From Chlorokybus atmophyticus (taxonomy: Eukaryota; Plantae; Mesostigma and Chlorokybus algae), in the NCBI GenBank assembly GCA_009103225.1, contig RHPI01001737.1, positions 570,286 through 634,285 of the forward strand: a stretch of 64,000 bases of DNA, written 5' to 3'. Below are positions 13,115 to 26,100 of the stretch, piece by piece; position 1 is the first letter of the stretch; each line of letters starts with the position of its first letter. The notes below the pieces were generated by a model. The model did not search any database and was not told the DNA's origin. It saw only the letters and a program-made list of their open reading frames with translations. Position numbers and translations under genes: made by a program.

Positions 13115-14856
13115 TTACTGTGTTCTCCTCGGGCCTGCAGGCCGTGAGACTTCTTTCTCTCTTTCTTCAGCAATCTTTGACTTGATCTTCGCTTCATCGA
13201 TCTCAACCTGCAGGGTTTGTCTAGGTACTTAGACAACTGTGTCGCATAGGTGCCTCAGACATGTCATGCCATCACTGCACACATGCAGTCTGCATGCGGG
13301 TAGGTGCTTGTTGCAGTCACTTTGAAGGTGAGCCTGACCTGTGACGCATATTGCTGGAAGCGTGCATTACTTTCGGTGCGCTGCACGTCGCGCAGGTACC
13401 GTGCGCGGTAGTACAGCACGCTGTCCACATGCGTCTTGTAATTAATGGCCAGCTCCAATGCCCTAGAGCGCATCAACATGTCAGCTGGCTGAGATGAAGC
13501 TCGCACGTAACATTGCATGCATGCGCGTGCGTGTGTACGCGTGTGCCTGTCTGCGCGCCTGCACGATTGTGTGCTCTTGATACTAGTAGCATGTCCATCC
13601 ATGCCTGTCCCAGTTGAAGCAGTCGATGTTGATCTTGATGGCCCTCCAGGTCATGCCCGCGGCGAGAAGTGCGCCCTCGGCCTCCTCGACGCCTCCCCGG
13701 CCGCCTCCACCCCTCCCCGCCGCCCGCCACAGTGCCAGCGCGGCCGCCCTCCTGGCGTCCCCGCCCCCGGCCTCCCTCACACGCACAAGGTACTGCACCT
13801 TGTCCACCTGGCAGGGGAGACGGTTGTTGCTGCGGTGGGTGCTGGTGTGCGTGTGCGTGGGCGTGCATGACTTGAGGACCTCAGTACCACATAGACACAT
13901 ATAGCAACATTTGCACACACTCGTTCCCTGCCCACCTGTTCAATGGCGGCGTATGCCACCTCGGCGGTGTTGATCTCCCGTGCATTGATGGCCATGGCGG
14001 CGAGGCACGCCCACAGCATTCCGTCCTTGACGTGGCGGCAAAGGCGTACGGCCTTGTCCCAGGCGCCGTCCGCGGCGAGAGCATGCAGGAGAGGCGCCGC
14101 TGCAAGCTCCTCGCTAAGCCCGCCCGCCGCAACGCGCGCACCGTCTGCGCCGCGCGTCACGCACAGAGATGGACCCGCGAAGGAAGAAATCCTCGCGCCC
14201 TTCCCGTACTCGCTGGTTGGGAGTGTGTAGTATGGGTTACAGTACACAACACAACATGAGAGACTGACTAAGTGGTCCTCACCTAGCGTCCCGTGTGGAG
14301 CGTGTGAGGGGCAGCAGCTCGCGGTCGATGTACAGGGCAGCAGGGTAGTACCACACTACAAGCTGGTTCATACACGAAAAGTCAGTCAGTCAATACACAC
14401 GCACGCACACAACGACAGATACACAGACACAAACACAGGCACAGACACAGCTACATACTGGATATATACACGTGTGCACAGACACACCCCAGCGTGGACC
14501 CTCTCACCCATGTATACCTGCTGGTCTGCAATGGCTGCGAGGGCATTGCACGAGCTGTTCCACAGTGCCGACGACACCACCGCAGCCAGCTTGCACGCCA
14601 CAACCCCACCGCCACCGCCGCCACCCAACACCGCCGCCAGGTACAAGTCTCGGTTGCGGTCAATTATGCTCAGCTGCCTTTCTGGCAAACCACCCGCCTG
14701 CAACACGAAGTGAATCACGCACGCATGCATGCATGCATGCGTGCCGTTGGTGTATGCGTTTATCGCAGCAAGCATTGCTGCAAGTGAAGGCAATGAATTC
14801 TTGCACTCGCAGGTCTACAGGTGAAGAGCCAAGGTTGGCACGCACACACGCACACA

Positions 14857-14896
<40 letters not shown>

Positions 14897-17800
14897 CACG
14901 CACAGTCCTCTTACCTGGCTCAGTGCAATCTCCGCAATATCGGGCGCCCCCGCCGGCATGCCCACCACATGATTATCTGACAGCGCCTTCCCCGACACCG
15001 CATCAAACAACCTCACCACACTCCTCCCACCCCCACTACTATTACCCCCACTCCCCGCCCCCGACGCGTCCACCACCGCGACCACATCATTCCCGATCGC
15101 CACGTTCTTGCTCGTCAATCCTTCGAGTCGTAACCCAGGAAATTTGGGATTAGAGAGTGGGCGAGCCTCGTAGGTGTAGAGTTGCAGACCGAAGGAGGAG
15201 TCGGCGAGAAGGAAGTGGCGCTCGCATTGCAGGAGGAGAGAGACCACGTCGGAGGACTTGAGGTCGACGATGTGGGGAGTGTTCCAGTTGCGGTCGCTGT
15301 GGGTGGGAGGGTGAGTGGGTGGGGGAGTAGGGGAGTGGGTTGGGGGAGCTTACCTGTAGATGCAGCACTGGGTGGCTGTTGCGACCACCAAGTGGTTGTG
15401 AGCTAGGGAGAAACGTACCACGCGGTCCCGGAAGTCCAACTCCTCTGTGGTCTCGCTCATCACATCCTGGGCGTATGTATCACATTGTTCGTATACTTGC
15501 CCTTCCAAATCAGGACGGTCGATCGATTGATGTTGTACGATGCATACATACACTCACTTGCACGCGTATCTTGTTGGGTGCTTCGAGCGTGGCAACATAT
15601 CGGCCCCACTCCACAGACCTGTCCAGCAGCTGTGCACGTACATCTTCACAAGGTCAGTTGATGGCAGCAAGGATGACAACAACGACATCAACGCTCACAA
15701 CAACTAGTACAAGAGATTGCTCGCCTGGGCGATCCAGATGGTGCCGTTGGCCCCCGTGAGGCCGATCATCGTGCCGTCGGGCGACCACGCCATGCGCGCG
15801 GGCGAGCCCAAGCCCTCTACCCTCAGCCTCGACACAACACCCTGCCCAATGTCATAGGCTTCAGACCCCCAACAGTGGTGGATGTTGTTGCACTGGTCCA
15901 ACACACCAACTTGCGCACATGCAAGCGCTCATCGGACCCACCCACCCTCCCACCCACACCTCCCCTCCCTCTCTCCCACTCACCGACTCATCCACTCCTC
16001 CCACCGCGACGCTCTCGAACCCCGCGGCCGCCCAGCTATCTCCATCCGGTCCCCACACCACGGCCGTCACCGCCCCACTGCTCACACTCGTCGCGTTCAC
16101 CGCCCCGCCCGTGTCGTCGAACACGCGCACGCGTCGGTCCTCGCCTGCCGCTGCAATGAGACCTGTCACCGGGGACCAAGCCAGGGACAAGACCACTGGC
16201 GGAGAGGAGGAGGAGGAGGAGGAGGAGGAGGAGGGGAAGGCGAGCCAGGAGACGGGACGGGCGGGAGCCTGCGGTGTGGGTGTGGGTGTGGGTATGGTGG
16301 GGGGGGGTTGTTGGGTGAGGGGTGAAGGGTGCGAGGGGTTGTGTGTGTACCTGTAGGGGCATGATGGTGAGGTTGTTTCCTGAGGAGAAGAGGAGGCGGT
16401 CGCCGTCGGGGCTCCAGGCCACCGCGTGCACGGGTTGCTCTGTGGTTTGCACAAGACACACACTTCGTTGTGTGCTTGAATGACACAACTCCTGGTACAA
16501 CTGGTACATGCTGCAACTACTACACAGCAGATTGGTGTGCGACGCACAGCACCATACCGTACATGTCAATGCTGTGTTCAAGACCGCACCAAACAATGCT
16601 ATGTGTACAATGTTCCCCTGCACACACACCATTTTGTGCGAGGACTGATCGCAGCATGCCCGTGCGCGACCACACCTTCACCGCGCCGTCCTCACCGCCC
16701 GTCGCAAACCCCGTGCCTGTCACGTAAAAGGTGTTGATGTGTGATCACTCTCGGCTATGAGGCTTCTCGTGTGCGAGTGTTGCGCGCACCGTCGTTGTTC
16801 CAGCGGACTGTGATGACGGCCCCCGTGTGCGCCTCCACGCGCTTCTCCTCCCTGCCGCTCCGGTTCAGCATCCTCAACGTCCCTGTATGCGTGTGTGTGT
16901 GTGGTGGTGTGTTTGGGGGAGGGAGGGGGGGGAGGGTACGTGCATGCGTGCACGCGCGTGCATTTGTGCGGGTGTATTCTGCATGTGGATGCGTGCGGCC
17001 AATGGCATATGTGAGTACGTATGCAGGCGCAACTGCGAATGCAACTATGCTTGCATGCGCATGTGCACACGTGCATGTGTGCGCATGTATACGCACGCGT
17101 ACGCATATGTGCGTGCGCGTCCTCAATAAACATCGCACGTAGGTACCAACTCCTCCTCCCACCCACAACTCACCATCCGAGCACGCGACCAGCATCGTTT
17201 CCGTCCCTCCCTGTCCCCCGCCTGCCACTCCTCCCCCTCCCCCTCCTCCTGCCCCCCCTCCCGCTCCCCCGACTCCGCCGACCTTCCTCCTGCCCGCGTG
17301 GGGGTGCCAGTGCATGTCAGTCACGTAGGCGTCCAGACTGCAGACCTGAAGAAGCGGGAAGATGGATGTATTATACTTCATAGTATGGACTCAGTTACGA
17401 AGTTGGGATGCGATTGCCCCCGCTCGCGCGCATATGGAGCACATGGGCATGCATGCACACGTGCACGCACAGGCACATACAGAGAGACACACGCACACGC
17501 ACACCGCATATGCTTGCACGCACGCATGCACGCACGCTCGCGTACAAACACACGCCCACGCCCACGCACGCCCACAATCACGCCCACCATACCCACCTCC
17601 GTGGCTGTGTTGGCGGCTGAGGCGGCGTGCGGTTCGATGCGTCGGATCGTCCTGTCGTCTCCGGCGGAGTAGAGCGCCGCGTCGCCGCACCAAGAAAGGG
17701 CCGTCGCCGCAACGCCGCCGCCATCTTGAGAATGGTTGGTTGTGGGTCAAGGAGGGAGCACGTAGACACATTGATGATCAAGTCTTGTTGTGAAGTCGTG

Positions 17801-18151
17801 TTGACAAGATCAATGCAAATCGCAACAAGGCGAAGGGAGGGGTGCTGCTTGGTGATTGAGGCATGCCATGGTGGTGTGTGTGCGACAGTTGTAGTTCTAA
17901 AACTGCTGCTCTGGAAAGCTTAATCACTGTAGAGTGTGTACCATTTGGATGGTACACACAGCAGAGATGAATGCAGGCTAGAATGCTGCTCTAGGCATGC
18001 ACACCTCACGCATGTGACGTGATTGTTGTGTGTCTCGCAGAATAGCTTATGAGTTCGGAGAAACAATACACCAGACGTCTGAACCAACACCACCAGCAGC
18101 GACAAACAGGATACGGGCCCTGACGGCAGCCGGCGCAATCTTGAGCCTCAT
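13115..18151 (-). CDS. IFT80: Intraflagellar transport protein 80 (IFT-B WD40 protein)
   Basis: Starts MRLKIAP, then HGGGVAATALSW...LYSAGDDRTIR. Also recognisable: EAHTGAVITVRWNNDG, TGGEDGAVKVWSRTGMLRSVLAQ, AVAWSPDGDRLLFSSG, AAGEDRRVRVFD, LDFRDRVVRFSLAHNHLVVATATQCCIY, LQCERHFLLAD, IIDRNRDLYL, AWDKAVRLCRHVKDGMLWACLAAMAI, ELAINYKTHVDSVLYYR. Last exon VEIDEAKIKSKIAEEREKE...TQ* (TAA at 13117-13115). Confidence 0.93.
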
Positions 18152-18478
18152 GATGAATGGCGGGACGTCTGACTCCCTCCCTCACACCCTACGGAACATC
18201 GCCAACCACGCCGCCGCCACCGCCACCGCCACCGCCAGCGTCGAGCCCGACACTTGACCCAGAAACCAACCTCCTGCCTGTGTGCGGCAAAGTTAGGGTT
18301 CATTGAGTGAATCACCGTCTGATGCACTATGACTCCCCCGTTGATTCACCCAGCGATTCATCCAGTGATTCACTCCCCATTTCCCCAACCGTCACGTGAC
18401 TCAGTTCACGTTAACTGACCCACAGCGACCACGGCCGACATTGCCAACGGCCTGGAGGAGGAGGAGGAGGGCGGCGGC

Positions 18479-19711
18479 ATGGAGTCGGCGGCGGGCGACG
18501 AGGGAGCAGGCGGCGTGGCGAAGCCAGGGTCAAGGGAAGGCTTGGGCGGAGATGGCGGGGCGGGGTCGGGAGGGGGGTCGGGGGTCAAGGAGGAGATGGA
18601 CAGGGAGGCGTTCCTTAAGGTGAGGGGACGAGAGGAGAAGGATGGTTGTGTTGGGGGCTGCTTTGTGGGTGGGTGGGTCAGTGGGTGGGTCACCCACACC
18701 CACCTAACGTGGGGGTGCGTGGGTGTGTTGGCTTGTGATCATGGGTGTGAGTATGTTGGTTGTATGTGCGTACACATGTGATAATAGGGCGGTCGTGCGT
18801 GTCTAGCTGTGTGTTGCACAACAAACGTTGTTGTAACTTCCCGCAAAGCTCACACACTGCACTGCACACACACGCACACTGTGAGCGTGCGGTTGTACCG
18901 GTGTGCATGTGGGCGCGTGTGTGCTGGGACGTATTGGCAGCCATTGTTGTTGTTGTTAACTTCAATGCTGTTGTTGCTTTGTGTGTCACCAACAAGACAG
19001 GCGCACTTTCCCGCACACGTACAACCATCCGCCCACTCTCCATCCCAAAACACCCAAACCCACCCCAAACATCCCCTCCTCCCCCTTTTTCTCCCCAGAT
19101 GGCTCGCTACCCCGTGATCCGCGCGTGCGACATGGTGGAGGAGCTCCGTCTCGAGGCTCTGGAGGCCGTGGTGTCCGGCGTGGAGCGTTACGCTTCGGGG
19201 GGGTCCGCGTTGCCCTCGTCCAGCGGGGGAGGAGGGGGAGCGGGGGGAGGGGGAGGGGGACGGGGAGGGGACTGGGAGGCGGCCGCGAGATATGCGAAAG
19301 AGACCATGGATAAGAAGTTTGGGGGACCGTGGCACTGCGTGGTGAGGATGGGGGAGGGGGTGGGGGATGAGGGTGATGGTGTCGTGCGTCATTGTCGGCG
19401 TATGTTGAAGTGCGTATGGGCGTTGACAAGTTGTGTTGTGCATTTGTGTGTATGCGCGTGTTCATGCAATGCATGTGTGCGCATGCACGTGTGTGGGTTT
19501 CGGCATGTGTCCGCGCGTCTATGCTTGTGCGCACGGCTGCGTAAGTGAGTGCTTGTGTGCGTGTGCATGCTTGAGTGTACTTACTTGCTACGGGGAATGA
19601 TCGTCTGCGCAGGTGGGCGAGTACTTTGCGTTCGAGATCACGCACGAGCTGAAGAACCTGCTGTACGTGTTTGCGTCCGGATACATCGCCATAGTGCTAT
19701 GGAAAGGCTGA
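18479..19711 (+). CDS. DNAL4: Axonemal dynein light chain 4 (LC8 family, DNAL4/LC10-like)
   Basis: Exons give MARYPVIRACDMVEELRLEALEAVVSGVERY...WEAAARYAKETMDKKFGGPWHCVV|GEYFAFEITHELKNLLYVFASGYIAIVLWKG*, which matches the DNAL4 pattern KETMDKKFG..WH...GE.F.FEITHE.KNLLY. The start codon is uncertain. Confidence 0.87.
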
Positions 19712-19989
19712 CTTTTCGTGTTCAACCGTAGATCGAGCTTTTATACTGCATTGTTACGTACAGTGTATACTTGTGTGTGTGTGCGGACATGGATAAGCTA
19801 CCAACAACTACGTGTAATCATTACATCCATTCATACACCTGAACAGATTTGCCAGTAATGCCAGCGCATACATGCATGAGGGTTTGCGTGTACCTGTACG
19901 TGTGCACGTGTTAGATTGTGAGTGAGTGTGTGCCTGAAGAATAATTGCAAGACGTCCATCCCACATATCATCCAAGCATCTACAAGCCA

Positions 19990-22804
19990 TTAAGGTCTCC
20001 AGCTGTACATATGTCTGTGCCCACCGCGCACATGTCCAACATACTCTTCCTCCTCCTCCTCCTCGTCATCCTCATCACACCCACCATCCCCAAGCTCCAT
20101 AAGCACCTCCATAACATCATTCTCCTCATACGCAAGCCCACTCTCATCACACTCCCGCGCAGCAACCGCCAGCCACGCCGCCGACACCTTCCCCTTGCGC
20201 CTGTTAATGTTGTTGTTGCGCGAGTTGTTGATGTTGGCACTCTTCGTCTTTGTGGACCCGCCGAGCTCGAGAGCTTCCACGAGTTCGAATAGCGATATCG
20301 GTTCGGGTAGGGCGGGCGGGATGGACCTTCGTGCTAAGGAGGAGTGTATGTGTGCGTGTGCGTGTGTGTGCACGCGTGGAGGAGGAGAGATGTCGGCACC
20401 GCGTTGAGGAAAGAGATGTTCCATCCATGGGGTCTCGATATCCGCTTCAAGGAGCTCGTACTCTTCTGCACGCGCGGGAGTGTGGGCCTGACCCTCCATC
20501 ACGTTGTTGTTGTTGTTGTTGTTGTGCACGGGAGTAGCGTTGAACACGGCGCTCGGCTTGACAACGTAGTGCAAGTCTCTTGCGCTACTCTCTTCTTCTT
20601 GACGCACGGATGGAGTTGTTGTGTCTTGCTCTGATCCGTCTGAGCTCAGCGGACGCATGGCGTGCTCGGCAGCCAGCAGATACCTTCTGTCGACAACAAC
20701 ATAATGATCATCACCACTAGTCTGTGGATCTGATGTGTCTCTCTGCGAGTATGTTGGGATAGCAGGCGAGTCGACTTCACGCTCACGACGCCCGCTCTGA
20801 ATCGCCAGAAGACGATGCAGCAGAGCCGCGTCACGCTCAAGCAGCAAACCAGACAAGAGGGGTGCTGTACTGTGTTGTTGTTGTGGTGGTGGTGGGGGTT
20901 GGGGTTGGGGTTGGAGTTGTTGGGGAGGTGGAGTGTTGTCCTCATCGTTAGTATGGTCACAACCGCCGCTGTCCACTTCGCCGACCGCATGAGGTACTGA
21001 TGTCGTTGCTTCATCGTGCTCTGGTGCTTCTGCTGCTGCTTGTGTCTGTGATGTTGTGGTGTCGCGCGCAGACAAGGGGCTTACGGGGTCGACACCGCGG
21101 TCAACTGTCTCAGGAGCGTTGGAGGTGTAAATGGAACAGTGCTGGTGGTCGTCGTTGGTCTGGGCTTCGGCATCCACGCACGACCGAACCTGAAGCGTAA
21201 GACACCACTTATCACTTACGTAGACTGCACCTCCAAGCACATGCATACATGCATGCATGCAGGGATGCACACACGACAACATCTGCAGCCGCAACCACCA
21301 CCACCACCACAACAACCACTGCTACCTGCTGCGTGCTAGCTTCCGCGCTCTCTTTCACACTGTCCTGCTCAAACTCCTTCTCTTCTTGTTGTCGTTGCTG
21401 CAGTTGTTGTTCTTGCTGCTGCTGTTGTTGTTGCTGTTGTTGCTGTTTCTCCCTCTCCTCCTCCATCTCCCTCACCCTCCCCTGGTACGCCCGTACCGCG
21501 GCGTACGCGGCGGCCAGCTTGGCGCGCAGCGCTGCAGTCTCGAGCGCGAACGCGTCGTTCTGGGCGCGCAGACGGGAGAGGCGGGACTCCAATGCGGAAC
21601 GCTCGGACGCCAACGCGCGGGCGAGAGACTCGTCGGCGGAGACGACCTGGAGATGAGGAAGGTGAATGGACACGGACGCATGCGTGTGTGTGCGGGCACG
21701 CAAGTGCACGCAAGAGCAGAGCACATGCACGCACACCGCACGAACCCGTGCTTGCACAATTTGCAGCAACAACAAGTACACGCACCACCCCGCCCAGGCA
21801 CGCATCTCCCCACCACCCTCACCCACCCACCCACCCACCCACGCATGTCATCCCTACCTGCTGTATAAGTCTTGCGACCTTTCGTTTGTCCCGTCCGCAT
21901 AGGTCTTTCAGCGTGGCGCCCGCAGCGTCATCCTCGCGGTTGTCGTTGTCGGCGTCGTGCACCGCTGTCGTGGGCTTCGTGTGGTCTTGCGTGTTGGTGG
22001 GAGGCGGAGGTCCCACGAACGCGCGGGAGGCTGCTGCGTTGGGCTGCTGCTTCGGTCTGTGGACACAATGCGTGTGTGCTACAGGTGCATGCATGGGGTG
22101 TTGTGTGGGGTAAGAGTGTGTGGCTTCGAGCACTTGTGGGTTGATTGAGTTCGCGCACACACCACAAATCATCATTCTTAACAACTGCAAAGTCGACGTG
22201 CTACATGTGGTAAAGAAATACGAAGAAGCAGATGATCGCAACAACCGCAACAATCATTGCGTGAACGCGCACACGGGAGGTCTACATGTAACCCACGTTT
22301 TTGACCGACGACTACTCTGATGACTGCATGCCAGTAAACCTTGGGACTCATTGAGGCTGCTACCAAGGGCTAAGTGAAGTGTTGATTCCTACATGCAGTC
22401 AATGTATGATCATGCAATAATTATGGCATTGCCTGTATGACAAACGAAGTACTCAACGGTCATCAACAATACATCATAAAACATGCTGTGTCTATTCTAT
22501 ACTCGATGCGTACTGACCAAAGCAAATCAGCACAACAGCCATTGCATACAAACAGTTGCTGTGGACGAAGCACTGTGACTCCATCATCTAGTTGAATGAG
22601 CACACACTATAAATGCCAGGCTGGAGGCCAAGCAAGATACTCTTAATCTGCAGTCTCAGCGCCATGCGGCGTTAACGAATGATCAATGTGATTGCCCCGA
22701 GCTTAGCTTAGCTGAGCTTACCTGGCTGCGCCGGCAGCGACGGGGTTAGCAACACCGCTGCCGGCGGGCTGTCGCCTGGCCGACCCTTTGGTCGCCGCAG
22801 GCAT
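19990..22804 (-). CDS. KIAA1328/hinderin-like coiled-coil protein
   Basis: Phase-consistent exons MPAATKG...GAA(R)|PKQQP...ATLKDLCGRDKRKVARLIQQ|VVSADESLARALASERSALESRLSRLRAQN...AVRAYQ. LKDLCxxDKxxxAxLI followed by coiled coil is the hinderin signature. The long low-complexity last exon ends at 19990. Confidence 0.7.
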
Positions 22805-23102
22805 GAATGCAGCCACCAACCACACACGAAGCACACAGAAGGCTGCCACCTACGCCTACACCTCGTCCACCGCCTCCGCCGCTACCTCCACCACCGCGTC
22901 CTCGTCCTTCTCCGCCTCCGCCCTGTCCGTTAGCAGTTCGAACAAAATCTTGCTAACGGCGCCGTTTGATCGCCGTTTCCAGCACCCGGAAACCAGCACA
23001 AGCCGCACAAAGCTTGTGCGTCACGTGACGGCCACGGGCGGCGACGTCCTCCGCAACATCCCTGTGGATGTCGGCGGCGGCGGAGTGCAGAGGGACGTGG
23101 TG

Positions 23103-26100
23103 ATGAGCGGCAGATCAAATGGCGGCGGTGGTGGAGGGCGGCGCCGCAGCCGTCTGTTGGAGGGAGATCTGGGCGGGGCGGGGAAGAGGCGAGGAGGAGG
23201 AGCGGGGAAGGATGAGGGAGGAGAAGAGGAGAGCCAGCCTCAGCCTGGCATCATCAACCCTATGTGTGTGTGACAAATCTTGATGCTTGCTGCATATCAG
23301 CAACAGGGAAAACAGCGAACATCTGCCTGTGTTTGTGTGTGTTTGTTGCTTGTTTGAATCGGTGCGGGTGTGTTGTACTTCTTGGCTTGTGGTGGATCCC
23401 CAAGGCATGCAAAATCAACAGAGCCAACCCATAAAGCCGTCAGTTGAAAATGTAGCGCGATAACCACACAGCTCGGTTGACAGTGAACAACACCTAAAAA
23501 CAATTACTATACTGGCAAGTTGTATTTTCTGTTTTCTGTTTGTCACTGATCTCACATGTCACTACCAGCAATATGTCACTTGGAGTTCAAGTTGAGATGT
23601 TGCCATCCCAAGTCCACCTCGCTTGAGACGTGGCGTGTTCTTATCAAGTGTGCATGTTGTGTGGGCTCAGGTTTGCGTTCGGATGCGACGGTGCGGTGCG
23701 TCGCGGAGCCGCCTTCCTCGACGAGCGCCACGTCCTCCTACCCGTCGGTCGACACCTCGCCGTCGCCGACCTCGACACACGCGAGGCAAGACAACAACAG
23801 CATTCCAACACAGTCACATTGGCAACGACAATAAGGGTGATAAACAACACCAACAGTAACGACAACGACTATGACAACAACAACAACAACAACAACAACA
23901 GTACTACGTGTGCAGATGTCGATGCTGTCCTGCTGGGGCACGGTCGACGTCCCTGCCTCCACCTCTTCAGACACGGCACCCCCGGTCACCCCGAGCACCA
24001 GCGCCGCAGCAGGGGGAGGTGGGGCTATCCCAAAGAGAGCGCGGGGACTCTGCTTGGCTCCTGGGAAGAAGCACCTCGCGGTGGCGGCGGATGCAGGAGA
24101 TGGCAGCATGCAGGTTTGGAGTTGTGGAGTAATGGTTGCTGTTGTCAGTGGGGTTGTGGGTGGGGTCAACGAACTCACCTCCACTGTTGGTCAGGTTGTT
24201 GTGTTGAACATACAGTCTGAGAGGGTCGTGCGTGCGCTGGCGTTCCCGGAGGGCACCAAGACCACGCAGGTCAGAGTGAGAGAGGGACAGACTGCATGTC
24301 GTGTCGTGTATGCGTGGGTGTGGTTGGTATTGTGTGTGGCCTTTGATGCTGTGTCCAAGTCCAGAAATTGACAACCGTACCTACCACACTGATCAGGTGT
24401 TGGATATGGACTTCAGCGGTGACGGCAAGCTCCTGGTGGCGCTTGGGGGTGCACCCGACTGGCCCATCGTCGCATGGAGATGGGTCACCGGCAAAGTATG
24501 TGTGCACTTGCGCGTGCCTGCGTGGGTGGGTGCGTGCGTGGGAGTGGGTGTTTGCGTATGGGTGTGTGTGTGCGCGCGCGTGAGCTCTTTCACGCACTTG
24601 TGTATAGCTGTGCATATACGCATTTGCATGCAACATCAACGTCATTGGGCCATCAGGTGGCCTTCGCTGGTGTGTTGTCCCCACCGACGTCAACCCTTAC
24701 AGCACCCCCCGCAACCGACACAACAACCACACCCTCAACCACCGCCAACACCACCACCACCGCCACCACCACCACCACCACACCTTCAACGACCACCACC
24801 AACAACACCACCACAGCCACACCCATAACCTCCTCCTCCTCCTCGGGCAAGGTCTCTTTCAACCCCTGGGACTCCTGTTCCCTGGCCGTCCGCGACGCGT
24901 GGGGCGGCCTGCGCGCGCTCCGGGGGGAGGACGCGCAGGGGGGCGCGGTCAAGCAGATCGGCGTCATTGTGCATAGTGGTGGAGGAGGAGGAGGAGGAGG
25001 AGGGGATGGGAGTGGGGGTGGGGGTGAGGGTGGGGGTGGCTGTGTTGTGGATCATGCGTGGCTTGTGGGGGACGTGCTCGCGGTTGGGACCGATACCGGG
25101 GAGGTGAGAAAGGGTGTCGGGATGGGCGGGGATGGGTGTATGTTGGGTGCATGTTGGGTGATTGCTGGTGAGTAACGTGATGTGGTGTGGTGATGGTGTT
25201 GTGGTTGTTAGGTTCTGATCTATGATGGTATGGAATTGCGTGCCACAATCCCGACGTATGAAAAAGACGTGTCCAATGTCACTGCTGCGGGCTCAAGTCA
25301 AACGCCGGTCATCGGGTCCAACGCATCCACCACAAGCGTGTCCACCACAAGCTCCACGGCTCCCATCAATAACTCGGCCACCAACACCACCAACTGCAAC
25401 ACAAACACCACCAACATTACCACTCACGGCGTGACGGTCCTGTCGCGTCTGATGCGCGGCTTCGTTGCTGGCACGCGCGGGGGCCGGCTGCTGGTGTACG
25501 ACAAGGTGGACTACACTACTAACACGGAGAAGCCCGCTGTTGGCGGGAGGGTGGCGGTGGTGCCTTACATGCTCACGCGCACCGTCGACACCGCAGGACA
25601 TGTGGGTTGATTGTATTTAACAAGACGGGTGCAAATTGAGAATGATGCACGCACCCATGCGCACACAACTTGATAATGCTGGTGGTGCACAACAGGTGCC
25701 AAGGTGGCTGTCCGTATCACCATCGGAAGAACAGCTTGTCTGTGTTTTGGAAAGCTCCTCTGTTGCCATCATCTCCCTCAACGCCGCCGACGGGTACACA
25801 CGGATGCACAACAAACCTACGCACCCAAACAGTCCAAGCACATTGCCTGATTCACACGGCAACATTATTGCCTGAGTCTTTGTCACACACACGTGCACGC
25901 ACTCCGACAGTCTAACACCCGCCTGATACAATATCAGATACCGATACTCATTGGCACAACTCGACATGTTAACACACAACTGTCCCCTCTGTCTCAGGTC
26001 AAGCTCCCCCCCCTCTCTCCCCTCTGTCTTCCTCCCCGGCACTGATCCCAAGTCCCCTCTCCCCTTCTCCCTCCTCGCCTCACACGGTTTCCACTCCGGC

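Noticed and set aside
22802-22805. Overlapping opposite-strand start codons (CATG) for hinderin-like/CFAP57, and similarly at the IFT80 start (18149-18152)
   Set aside because: Any ATG preceded by C creates this palindrome. CFAP57 more plausibly starts at 23103, and the + ORF at the IFT80 start ends after 35 codons.
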